Assembly (NCBI GenBank): GCA_965637545.1 | Contig: OZ281494.1 | Span: 1,240,001-1,304,000, forward strand | Origin: Phallusia mammillata | Taxonomy: Eukaryota | Direction: 5' to 3' | Length of the DNA stretch: 64,000 nucleotides | Part shown: piece after piece, positions 52,401 through 64,000 of the stretch | Layout of the letters: every line of letters begins with the position of its first letter | Numbering within the stretch: position 1 is the stretch's first letter | Program-made: the position numbers and the translations under genes | The notes under the pieces: model-generated | The model's input: the letters and a program-made list of their open reading frames with translations, nothing else | Database searches by the model: none | What the model was told of the DNA's origin: nothing

Positions 52401-53190
52401 GTTTGTGATCGATTGAATCGTTTGTTTCAGGAATGTGGTCTCTGGTCGAAGGAATTCGTCTGTTTATGGCCACTTCCTTTCCAGTCGAGTTTCAAACTCA
52501 GGATTCAACGAAACGTCTCAGGGTTTTTATGCTCACTGGCTGGCTTATTCCCGCTCTATTAGTGGGAATATCTACTACTGTGGGGTTTGTCATGGGAATC
52601 TACATGAAGCCCCAACCGCTAAACGAGCAGTGTAACCAATTGATACAGGTTCAAAAATACGACCGATGCTGGTTGGTGCCCGGTACTCCGATCTTCTACA
52701 CAACGGTCATCGCTCCTCTTGCTCTTGTCCTCTTCATCAACCTGATCATTATCCTGAAGACAACACATGTGATGCTGAACTCGAGACGGATGCGAAACGG
52801 AGGAGAAGATCCGGGGACAGGAGATGCATTAAGAGCATCAAAGTCTTTCATCTTACTCTTCCTCATGCTTGGTGGAACTTGGATTTTTGCTTTTTTCACA
52901 GGTAATAATTGTACATTGTGTGTTTCGAATTACTAACAAATTAATTACATCAATGTAAAGTTACATCAATAAATGTTAAGCACCCTTTCTTTTCTGCAGG
53001 AATTGGCAACGAGATTTCGAACGAGGTGTTCATGTACATCCACAGCTTGGTTAACGGATCGCAGGGTATCGTCGTCTTTCTGTTGTATTGTGTCATTGAT
53101 GATGACGTCAGAAAGGAAGTTTTACCGTGCAAGCGTGAAGCTGATGTTGGGTCTGATTCACAAGTAACAGGACAAACTTTTAGGGGGTGA
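49450..53190 (+). CDS. aGPCR-B: adhesion GPCR (signal - split CTL-like domain - GAIN/GPS - 7TM, no FN3, short tail)
   Basis: Exons ~49450-49522 (MTGLSISKFVILFLMIHNVYGQTK), 49690-49866, 49955-50090, 50319-50449, 50603-50767 (acceptor reads GG), 50835-51029, 51288-52006, 52136-52361, 52431-52901, 53000-53190. GPS CKCHHL/TLFTVLL; WSLVEG; NGSQG. Confidence 0.88.
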
Positions 53191-54189
53191 CTTGCGTGAA
53201 AGTCTTTTTTGTCGATTCGTTCAAACTTGTTGAGTACTTAATACTAAGATCTTCGTCACCTTGATATAAACCTGTCTTCTATAACATTGCATGAAAGCTG
53301 CATTCATGTATTTGGCATTTTTGCTTATCTTTCTTGTACTGTACTGTAATGTGTCAATTGGCAGATGATTTAACTCTAAAATTGAACTTTCGCGTAAATT
53401 TGTGTTTTAGTCGAAAAGAATCTGTGTTTGAAATTGGGATTACACACCTGCTGTGTCAGCAGACATTTAAAACTTTTTGGCGCAAACAGTGTCGATTTAA
53501 ATATGATGTCTAAGATGTGTTAATTCACTTTTTACAGGTAAAACTCCATTATTCTTTCAAGAATACCAAAATTTGTTTAGTGTTATGGACTATTACACTT
53601 CGATTTCTTTTTAAATTCTGCACTCTATTATGTGTTGTGGCTTTTATTGTGCAATGTGATTTAGTAGTAATTTCACTTCAAAGCGATTCCACGTCACTGA
53701 AAAACATACCGAGTTCCTCTCATCCGACTGTCTCTGGGCAGCAGTAGACGTTAAACTCCCGGAAATTTGTCGATAAAAACACATCAACCAACGTCATCGC
53801 CTGCAATACTGTTGTGTCATGGCAGTTCATTCTTGTCACGTCAGATGCACATTTTCCTCTTTGTACTGAGAACCACTGCGGCGATAACATGTTACAGGCG
53901 CGTGATATTGAACGAGTGTGACGTATGTGCAATGAGACTGAGTGATTAATGTTCAAAGGTAAAGAGCATTCATTTTTGGGCGAATTCCTTCATTTAAACA
54001 TTAACTAGTGAAATAGTAATGTACACAACATCTGTAAAAATCGTTACTTTATCAAAGTTAAATCAGCAAAGAAGCATATCAGTATTTTATTTGTATTGCA
54101 TTGCTCACAATGAACACTTCCACTGTATGCGGCCATAGGGTACTTAAACAAATTTGTCGTTCAACTGGTGTAATGCTGAACAAAATACT

Positions 54190-55598
54190 AATTGTTGTTT
54201 TTAAGAACTTGTATTTCGCTAACGTTTCGCCCACCAGAACGGTAGGGCTTCATCAGAGCAATGAACGATATAGTGCAAGCATAACAGGCGAAAATGCACA
54301 AGCGCAGCGGGATATAACGTAAAGTAATTATAAGAGAACAAAGGCTTATCGTGATGGGTTGAGTGTGCTATATTGTGACAGTGCGTAACTAATGCCCGAT
54401 ATTTGAAGAGGAAGTCGAACGCAAAATGTCGCGGAAAACTGGGCTGAGGTTTTTGCCGTCGTTACGGTTTAAAACATTTGAATTAGAATTTATGAGGCAA
54501 CTTTCAAAGACCAATCTTTTCGACCAATTAGGTTCCTGTTTCAAAACTTGGGCATCGTTCCAATTTATGCGGTGATCACATACAAAAACGTGTTCGCATA
54601 AGGCGGACTTGTTAACATCCATGTTTCTGACTGCCACTTTGTGTTCCTTGAGACGTGAATTTAGATTCCGCTTAGTTTGACCAATGTATACCATATCACA
54701 ATCACGGCAAGGGAACTGGTAAACAACTCCTGTACGATGTTGTGGTATAGTGGCATCTTTTGGTTTTGGTAGTAACTGCCCAATAGTTTTAAAAGGTTTC
54801 ATTGCCACTTTTACCCCAGCATCATTCAGGATACGTTTTAGGCGCTCCGATACACCCTGGACATACGGTAAGCATGTGAATGATTTAAACTGTCTGTTTT
54901 GTAAGGTGGTTGTGTTATGGGTCAAGTGGTGTAAGTTACGCGGGAAACCGTTATTCTTTAACACGCGTGCAATATTTTTGCATTCGTGTTTGTGAAGAAC
55001 CGTATCCTTGATGTGAGTTGTGGCTCTGTTGTAAAGCGTTTTGGCGACTGTAAGTTTTTGGTGCCGTGGATGGTGAGACGTGTAGTGTAGGTGGCGGTCA
55101 GTGTTCGTGGGCTTCTTGTATATGCCAGTGATGAGCTTTTGATCTGGCTGCCTGGTAACAGCCACATCTAAAAACGCAATGGTATCGTGTTGTTCGGTTT
55201 CCATGGTGAAAGCTATTGTAGGTGATATGGTGTTCAGGTGTGTGTGAAATGTGTAGACCATGTTTCTGTCGATAATGACGTATGTGTCATCAACGTATCG
55301 AAGCCATAGACGTGGCGGTGTGTGGAAAGTTGCAAGTGCCTTCTGCTCTATGTGTTCCATAGTGAGATTAGCAAGAATAGCTGAAATAGGAGAGCCCATG
55401 GGTGTAACAAAGATTTGTTTGTATATTGTGTCTCTGTAAGTAAAAACTGTTGCGTTAAGGCAATTCTGTAAAGCTGTTTGTATGTGAGAAAGATCTAACC
55501 CGGTGCGTTCGTGTAGTGTAGTGTCGTGTTTGAGTTTGTCCAGAGTGATCGAAAGTGCCAAATCGGTAGGTATGGACGTAAACAAACTGACAACATCA
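54190..55598 (-). mobile_element. Penelope-like retroelement (RT + GIY-YIG endonuclease), 5' end lost in gap
   Basis: DVVSLFTSIP, TPMGSPIS, WLRYVDD, FLDV, YKKPT, then GIY-YIG GVVYQFPCRDCDMVYIGQT. Stop at 54389; the downstream pLTR-like region carries a hammerhead. Confidence 0.93.
54216..54261 (-). ncRNA. Minimal type-I hammerhead ribozyme in Penelope terminal repeat (mirror at 56256-56301, +)
   Basis: UUGCU-CUGAUGA-A-GCCCUACC-guucu-GGUGGGC-GAAA-CGUU-AGCGA: conserved CUGANGA and GAAA core, GC-rich stem II, palindromic ACGU stem III, and UUGCU/AGCGA stem I. Confidence 0.8.
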
Positions 55599-55798
55599 NN
55601 NNNNNNNNNNNNNNNNNNNNNNNNNNNNNNNNNNNNNNNNNNNNNNNNNNNNNNNNNNNNNNNNNNNNNNNNNNNNNNNNNNNNNNNNNNNNNNNNNNNN
55701 NNNNNNNNNNNNNNNNNNNNNNNNNNNNNNNNNNNNNNNNNNNNNNNNNNNNNNNNNNNNNNNNNNNNNNNNNNNNNNNNNNNNNNNNNNNNNNNNNN
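55599..55798. other. Assembly gap (200 N)
   Basis: Run of exactly 200 N. Confidence 0.99.
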
Positions 55799-56330
55799 CA
55801 GTTCCCTTGCCGTGATTGTGATATGGTATACATTGGTCAAACTAAGCGGAATCTAAATTCACGTCTCAAGGAACACAAAGTGGCAGTCAGAAACATGGAT
55901 GTTAACAAGTCCGCCTTATGCGAACACGTTTTTGTATGTGATCACCGCATAAATTGGAACGATGCCCAAGTTTTGAAACAGGAACCTAATTGGTCGAAAA
56001 GATTGGTCTTTGAAAGTTGCCTCATAAATTCTAATTCAAATGTTTTAAACCGTAACGACGGCAAAAACCTCAGCCCAGTTTTCCGCGACATTTTGCGTTC
56101 GACTTCCTCTTCAAATATCGGGCATTAGTTACGCACTGTCACAATATAGCACACTCAACCCATCACGATAAGCCTTTGTTCTCTTATAATTACTTTACGT
56201 TATATCCCGCTGCGCTTGTGCATTTTCGCCTGTTATGCTTGCACTATATCGTTCATTGCTCTGATGAAGCCCTACCGTTCTGGTGGGCGAAACGTTAGCG
56301 AAATACAAGTTCTTAAAAACAACAATTAGT
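55799..56330 (+). mobile_element. Mirror 3' fragment of the Penelope element (GIY-YIG end + pLTR)
   Basis: Reverse complement of ~54187-54718. Confidence 0.8.
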
Positions 56331-57326
56331 ATTTTGTTCAGCATTACACCAGTTGAACGACAAATTTGTTTAAGTACCCTATGGCCGCATACAGTGGAAG
56401 TGTTCATTGTGAGCAATGCAATACAAATAAAATACTGATATGCTTCTTTGCTGATTTAACTTTGATAAAGTAACGATTTTTACAGATGTTGTGTACATTA
56501 CTATTTCACTAGTTAATGTTTAAATGAAGGAATTCGCCCAAAAATGAATGCTCTTTACCTTTGAACATTAATCACTCAGTCTCATTGCACATACGTCACA
56601 CTCGTTCAATATCACGCGCCTGTAACATGTTATCGCCGCAGTGGTTCTCAGTACAAAGAGGAAAATGTGCATCTGACGTGACAAGAATGAACTGCCATGA
56701 CACAACAGTATTGCAGGCGATGACGTTGGTTGATGTGTTTTTATCGACAAATTTCCGGGAGTTTAACGTCTACTGCTGCCCAGAGACAGTCGGATGAGAG
56801 GAACTCGGTATGTTTTTCAGTGACGTGGAATCGCTTTGAAGTGAAATTACTACTAAATCACATTGCACAATAAAAGCCACAACACATAATAGAGTGCAGA
56901 ATTTAAAAAGAAATCGAAGTGTAATAGTCCATAACACTAAACAAATTTTGGTATTCTTGAAAGAATAATGGAGTTTTACCTGTAAAAAGTGAATTAACAC
57001 ATCTTAGACATCATATTTAAATCGACACTGTTTGCGCCAAAAAGTTTTAAATGTCTGCTGACACAGCAGGTGTGTAATCCCAATTTCAAACACAGATTCT
57101 TTTCGACTAAAACACAAATTTACGCGAAAGTTCAATTTTAGAGTTAAATCATCTGCCAATTGACACATTACAGTACAGTACAAGAAAGATAAGCAAAAAT
57201 GCCAAATACATGAATGCAGCTTTCATGCAATGTTATAGAAGACAGGTTTATATCAAGGTGACGAAGATCTTAGTATTAAGTACTCAACAAGTTTGAACGA
57301 ATCGACAAAAAAGACTTTCACGCAAG

Positions 57327-60300
57327 TCACCCCCTAAAAGTTTGTCCTGTTACTTGTGAATCAGACCCAACATCAGCTTCACGCTTGCACGGTAAAACTT
57401 CCTTTCTGACGTCATCATCAATGACACAATACAACAGAAAGACGACGATACCCTGCGATCCGTTAACCAAGCTGTGGATGTACATGAACACCTCGTTCGA
57501 AATCTCGTTGCCAATTCCTGCAGAAAAGAAAGGGTGCTTAACATTTATTGATGTAACTTTACATTGATGTAATTAATTTGTTAGTAATTCGAAACACACA
57601 ATGTACAATTATTACCTGTGAAAAAAGCAAAAATCCAAGTTCCACCAAGCATGAGGAAGAGTAAGATGAAAGACTTTGATGCTCTTAATGCATCTCCTGT
57701 CCCCGGATCTTCTCCTCCGTTTCGCATCCGTCTCGAGTTCAGCATCACATGTGTTGTCTTCAGGATAATGATCAGGTTGATGAAGAGGACAAGAGCAAGA
57801 GGAGCGATGACCGTTGTGTAGAAGATCGGAGTACCGGGCACCAACCAGCATCGGTCGTATTTTTGAACCTGTATCAATTGGTTACACTGCTCGTTTAGCG
57901 GTTGGGGCTTCATGTAGATTCCCATGACAAACCCCACAGTAGTAGATATTCCCACTAATAGAGCGGGAATAAGCCAGCCAGTGAGCATAAAAACCCTGAG
58001 ACGTTTCGTTGAATCCTGAGTTTGAAACTCGACTGGAAAGGAAGTGGCCATAAACAGACGAATTCCTTCGACCAGAGACCACATTCCTGAAACAAACGAT
58101 TCAATCGATCACAAACAAATCTTTTAAGGGTTGAATTATGTGGTTAGTTATTTACCTGCACAGAGTAATAAATATTGATTGGCTGCTGTGTGAATCACGC
58201 ATGGAATCTCGTGCATCACGGCAAGATCATGGGATAGGTTGACTGCGTGGAAGAGTAGCAGAGCCATTGACAAGCTGATTTGAACCGGAACCCGATCAAT
58301 GTTTTGTTTCGATTTGTATAGGATTACTATGGTGGCAATCAGAAATACGACTGATGTTGATTCTGTGGCGTAAGATGTGATCTGAAATAAAATATTGCGT
58401 AATCATGTGCTGTTTGTTAAGATGACATTTGAATCTTTAAACTTTACATTCTAAAATAAAATATTTCTTAATAGTGAGCCATTCTTTAAATTACTTATTT
58501 GAATCTTTACCTTGATGCCCTTTGGTATGGTGGTGGTCTCGACAGCCAGCAGAACAGTGAACAAGGTGAGATGGTGGCATTTGCAAGTGACGTTGCCTGT
58601 TACGTCATCAGTAATTGTGGCGCAACCACGATCTGAATACTTATCTTCAACTCTGTCGAAGTAGAGACAAATTGGTTTCATTTTGTTGATAATAAGGTTT
58701 GCATTGCTGATCTTTCCCAATTTGATTTTCTTGCAGACGGATTCTAGTGACATTGGAGATACGGTGAAATTTGCTTTTCCTTGAAGATGATTGTTTTCCT
58801 CGTTGCTGGTTGAATGGTTGCTGGATATGGGTTCAAAGCTATCTGCATTGCGACCAACAATATTAATAAAGGTGGTGTTCAATGCAGCTTCATACTTTGT
58901 TGTTGTCAGGGAGCCGACTTTGAGAGGTTGAATCTGTGCTGTTTCGGTTGTGTTTATCTGAAAGACATACACATCAATAACGATGCGTTGAACCCCGTTT
59001 GTCTGCAATGAGATGTCAATCTTAGATGATCCCAGCTGTATAGTCGAGTTATATGTCTCTTGGTTGATGCTGGTAACAACGATGTACAGTTGAGCTTCTC
59101 CGTAATCATAAGTTGTTCCGTTGGTTTCAGCATGATTTTGGGAAAATATTCCAATTTGTTTTGCAATGTTTTTGATTTCTCCAGTATTTGCTAAATTCTT
59201 ATTTCGGAATCGTTGGAGGAATGACAGGGCTGCAAAAAACAACTCCGTTAAAAAATATATATAACGACTAGCTCGTTACTTTTATAAGACAAACACTTTT
59301 TTATCCTTAACTGCAAAACGTGCTTATACTACAATTCATTGTCACTTGTTGAGTCATTTCACATCAGAAAAAGATGTACATTAGGTATGGACAAAAGTAT
59401 TTGAAAAAGGATTGAAAGCTGCATTTTTAATATTCTTTACACCAGGAAATCTTTTGTGTTTCAGTTCATGCATATTAGAACACTCACGTTTCACTTGACA
59501 AGCATAGTAAGCCGGTTCACCACTACAGTTCATGCTTGACTGCTTCCATCCGATCCCATAATGCAACATTCCCTGCTGGCAAGATGTGACGTTGGAAACA
59601 GGAAAGTTTGCCGGAGATCCATCGCTCCAATACCAACCATTCAACGACGTGTTGTAACGAGCTCCAACAAACACTTTAACTTCTAGAAAGAAGGTAAATG
59701 CTTTTTGACATGAGAGCAGATGTATTACTATTTAAGATCAAACGCTCACTTGGTGCCAGGAATGATCCATCATATGTAGTAAAGTTTTCAAACGATTCAT
59801 TGACACTTCGCAGTTTGCTTCCATACATTTCACCGATGCTTCTGTAGCTGAATATTTCGTGTTGACGTTTCCTTGATTTAGCGTCGAAAAACAAGGAATA
59901 TCGTAGGTTCCATCCCGCATATATTTGTATGTGAGATACAAGACATTAAATAAAAAAGATTTTGTATCAAAACCTGACAAACCCAAAACATAAACTGTAC
60001 ATAATATGTTTTGGCAATAATATATTTTTGTGGTCCAACAAACTTTACTGAGGTAATAAAAACCAACCGGCCCAATCTCCATGAGGTAAAAGTCCGTCAC
60101 AATTTCTTCCAATAGACACAAACCACTTTTCCATTTCAGGATTCCTGTCTTTCCAAGCCTCGCAGAAGTAAATTGGTTCCATCGCGTTTTCGAGATTCCT
60201 GTTCGAAAAAATTTAGGTTAATTGATAGTGACAAGTTTATAACTATCTGGTTTTAACCCTTATAGTAGTGATTTTGCTTTAATTTTTTGTTTTCTAAGGT

Positions 60301-61067
60301 TAACATTCAACTTTATAGACCGCTAATTCTCGAGTTGATGAAACGGGCCGCTATGAACACATAACTGAAAAATTTTAGCCGCTGATCCAAATGATCATGA
60401 AAAGTTTATAATTATCTGCTTTTTACGTTTTGTACAAGTCGAAATACCACAGATGTCCGAGAGATTTTGTACTTTTCCAGAAATCCACTTCAGCCGAACT
60501 ACATGAGTATTTGCATCGTTCATATGTGTCCGGGTCAAAGAAAATATAAACCCGCTGCAAATCTGAAACAACGTTTTGTTGGGATAGGCAGTTAAGTCGT
60601 TTTGTTGTACTTTGTTGCCGAGCCTTAAAATTGTATACCAATATGCCAACCTTTCGTGTATTTGTCTGTCATGAGTTGAGTGAGAGTTGTGTTGATCTGT
60701 GGGTCATCAGTCATTGCAAGACTTCCACCCAGCAAAGAACATTTCTCCTGTGCAGTGTTTGCATCCACAAGATCGTCAGATAATATCAGCACACTGTCCT
60801 TCACTGCTTGCATCGTTTTGTTGCAACCTGGAAAACACCTCGTTGTTGCACTGTTTTCTGCAATTGTTTTGTCTAATAAGTTGTTAAACGCAACACCAGG
60901 CTTGAGTTCGGACAGTTGGCACAATTAATTGCAAAATTGGCAAAATTAAATTGCCCAACAAACGAATATTAACACTTTTAGTGGTAACACTTACGTTTAG
61001 TTTGTCCGTATACATTGTGAATCATCAGGAACAAAATCACAAACTTGCTGATGGAAAGCCCAGTCAT
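57327..61067 (-). CDS. Mirror copy of aGPCR-B inside the inverted duplication (possibly artefactual)
   Basis: ORF translations are identical to those of 49450-53190, with coordinates related by x' = 110517 - x. Confidence 0.55.
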
Positions 61068-64000
61068 CACGTTTGTCACAATGATCACATATACGGCCAC
61101 TTTCTACTTGCCATTACTATTTGCTGCAGAAGTAGAAGACACGTTGTGTTTCACTGGCTGCAATTATAACATAAACTTTGAGCTCACAGGTGGGCTGTGG
61201 ACGTTTCAGTCTGTCCTGACGCTTTGGTGTGCTGTATTCTGGCTATAGCCAATACGGTCAATGTATTGTAACCAGCTGAACCGATTCGCCCTCATTTTCT
61301 CGCAATACTGCTTTGCTTCCGGACCAAGTGAACACAAGTGAACTGGACATTGTCTGTGCTTAAACTTTGTAACCAATGTAAGTTATTTTACAACAGGGAA
61401 GCTAAAATGCACAACACTTGATTTAAAATCTCCATGCAATGTGCTATGCCAGGGGTGGCCAAACTGCGGCTCTCGAGCCGCATGCGGCTCATTGAGCCTT
61501 TGATTGCGGCTCTTTGATGCTGCACATGCATTCCCATCTTGCAGTTGTTTGACCAGTTGATAAAACAATGCATTTTATCACGTATTAACAATAGACTGAC
61601 TGTTTGTCATAACCAATGTACATTCCGAAACCAGGCGAAAAGAACATTTTTGTACAAAAGTGTGCTATAACTTGTGCATTATAGTCAAATATATTTTTAG
61701 ATTTAAGCTGTAAGTCAGGGCTGACATTAAAAGCACTTTACATTTCTATTGCAGCTTCTACTAGCAATAACTGCAAAGTTTAAACCTGTGTGTCTTATCT
61801 GTCAAGCTTTGTTCAATCATTACAAAACTAGTGACTTCAAACGTCATTACGAAGCTAAACACAAAAACTTTTCCATTATATCAGCCAAATTTCAAACACC
61901 TTGCAGCCCAGGTGGAGACTCACAGTATCACCATACAACAATAATCATTATTTGATAGCTTATGCTTCGTGGTGATTAAATGAATTCGTTTTTTGATTTT
62001 TTTTGTGTTGCGGCTCTTCTAAAACTAAGTTATGTGATATGGCTCGAGCGTGAAGCAGGTCTGGCCACACCTGTGCTATGCAAAGCAATATACAACACAC
62101 CGTCTTACGCTACGCTTGCTTAGCACATTTGTTATGTGACCCAACTGTATACAAACGCGTGTACCTGATGTATCCCTTCATAACACTGCTGATGGCATGT
62201 GCCGAACTGTAAACTATGTCGCTTTTTATTTTCTTGGCGCTGTTATTTAAATCATGAAGTAGGGAACCATTTACACAGATCTACTTCTGCTTCCTGTGCG
62301 TCAAGATTTTAACCCTAGAACAGGTACGACTACCCACTGCACATCTGCACAACCGACACTGATTACTGACTCATAACACATTGTTGATTAGCTTTGATGG
62401 AGTTTTCTGTATGTTGTAAAAATGAACAGCTTCGTCTGAAAGAAAGAGCAATGCGTTGCAAAGCATGACTCAAAGCTGTCTGTATATCTCATCCTCCATT
62501 TGTTTTGTTTTATTCCTATAACGTGTAGGAGCGGCTAACGTAAAAAAAACACCGAGCAAGCAATAGGCGGTTATGTTGGTAGCAACGATGTACAGCTTTT
62601 CCGTAATCATAAGTGGTTCCGTCCAGAGTTGCAAGCGGGCCCGAAATCTGAGACCGAATCCGGCCCGAACCCGAATGTATAAGCCCGAAGACTGGCCCGA
62701 ACCCGAATGTATAAGCCCGAAGCCCGAAGCCCGGCCCGAACCCGAAACGTTTTTGCAAAGCCCGTTTGGGCCCGAAATTTTGATTGACAGGCCTACCCAC
62801 GAAAGCCTTGCAACAAAGGATGAGAAAGAAAAAAGAGAAAGACAACGAACACATTGAACAATAGTAGACAATGGGTAAAACGATACGTTTTAGAGGAGGG
62901 TGGGCATGAGGTCAAAGCCAGAGAATTGTTACTTAGCTAAGTGATTTTATTTAAAAAACAATGGCGGACACGGAACGTCAAGTCGGGTCCGTTTTGAGCC
63001 TGTTTTCCGATTCCGAACCAGGCCCGAACCCGAACCCGGCCCTACTTGCAACTCCGTCGGTTTCAGCATGATTTTAGGGAAAAAATCCAATTTGTTTTTC
63101 AATGTTTTTATTTCTCCAGTAGTTGCTAAATTCTTATTTCCCAAATGTTGGAGAAATAACAGGGCTGCAAAAAACAGTACCGTCAAAAAAAGTACTGGTT
63201 CTCGATACTGTGATAAGACAAACACTTTTTCATCTTTAACTGCAAATCGAACTTATACTACACTTCATTGTCATTCGTTCAGTAATTTTACCATAAGAAA
63301 ACAGCGCAATGAGGCATTGAAAGAAATGGCTACGAAAGATTTTAGGTAGCGTTTTTAAAATTCACTACACTAGGGAATCTTTTGTATATTAGTACACGTA
63401 TATAGAATACTCACGTTTCACTTGAAAAGCATGGCAAGCCGGTTCCCCACTGCACTCCATGCTTGACTTCTCCCATCCAATCCCATAATACAACGCTCCA
63501 TGCTGGCAAGTTGTATCCTATGAAACGGAAAAGTTTGTAAGAGGCGTTGAACGTATACAGGCCAGTCTCCTTGTCACTTCCGGGTGGTAAATGTAGGTAT
63601 TGGATTTGACGTAGTCAACAACCTTGAGGAAGTTAACAAAATATATGCAATAATTGATGACTAAAGTATGAAGTTGCAAGCAGGATCGAAAATTTCTTAA
63701 ATTCATCCGTAATTTCCTGATCCGTAATTTCTTAAATTCAGAGCTCAATTGACGAAAGTTACCAATTCGAACGTGAAAATTACGACACTTGATTAGACTT
63801 CAACCTCAAAAAACCAAAAGGAAAAACCCGACTAACATCTAAATCAGTTGGAAAGAAGCAATGTGATTGAGATTTTTTGGCAAAGACTGATGCCAAGTAT
63901 TTGCAGTCAACGCATCCCGTCACAAATGACCCTCTTACGCCACCTAACGTCCTTGCAACTTACAAATACAGAGTGGTCGACACCTTCAAATCGCAAATAT

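Larger units (their letters stand above)
46517..64000. repeat. Giant inverted repeat: 55799-64000 = reverse complement of 46517-54718 (>=8.2 kb, runs off window)
   Basis: Every ORF has an identical mirror partner with coordinate sum 110517; spot-checked introns and TEs are also identical. Confidence 0.95.

Noticed and set aside
54389-56128. Long ORFs of 483, 200, 117 and 112 aa spanning the N run
   Set aside because: Artefacts of translating through the gap; they join the two mirror arms.
1-64000. Prokaryotic systems (CRISPR arrays, operons, rRNA) and the many short antisense ORFs
   Set aside because: The sequence is spliceosomal eukaryotic DNA; the short ORFs are exon shadows or chance frames with non-ATG starts.

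Overview
AT-rich, intron-rich animal DNA (short GT-AG introns; an invertebrate chordate such as a tunicate is plausible but cannot be shown from the window). It holds a cluster of related receptor genes. Three are tandem-domain receptor tyrosine phosphatases: PTP-1 (+, 5' end outside the window), PTP-2 (-) and PTP-3 (-), each with an intact D1, a degenerate D2 and an RPTPalpha/epsilon-like FDTYSNFK tail. Two are adhesion GPCRs (aGPCR-A and aGPCR-B; GAIN/GPS + 7TM), and there is one aGPCR relic. The main observation is that PTP-2, PTP-3, aGPCR-A and aGPCR-B share the same exon-for-exon N-terminal cassette: a signal exon, then a C-type-lectin-like domain split by a ~130-aa three-exon insert containing a length-variable Cys-bounded loop, then 0-2 FN3-like modules. 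One recognition module is therefore wired to two unrelated signalling outputs, resembling a paired-receptor system. Also present are an alpha-arrestin pseudogene, a truncated Gypsy LTR element, a Penelope element with a hammerhead ribozyme, several hAT-type MITEs and tRNA-derived SINE-like repeats. Positions 55799-64000 are an apparently exact reverse complement of 46517-54718 across a 200-N gap, probably an assembly artefact. All gene models were spliced by eye.
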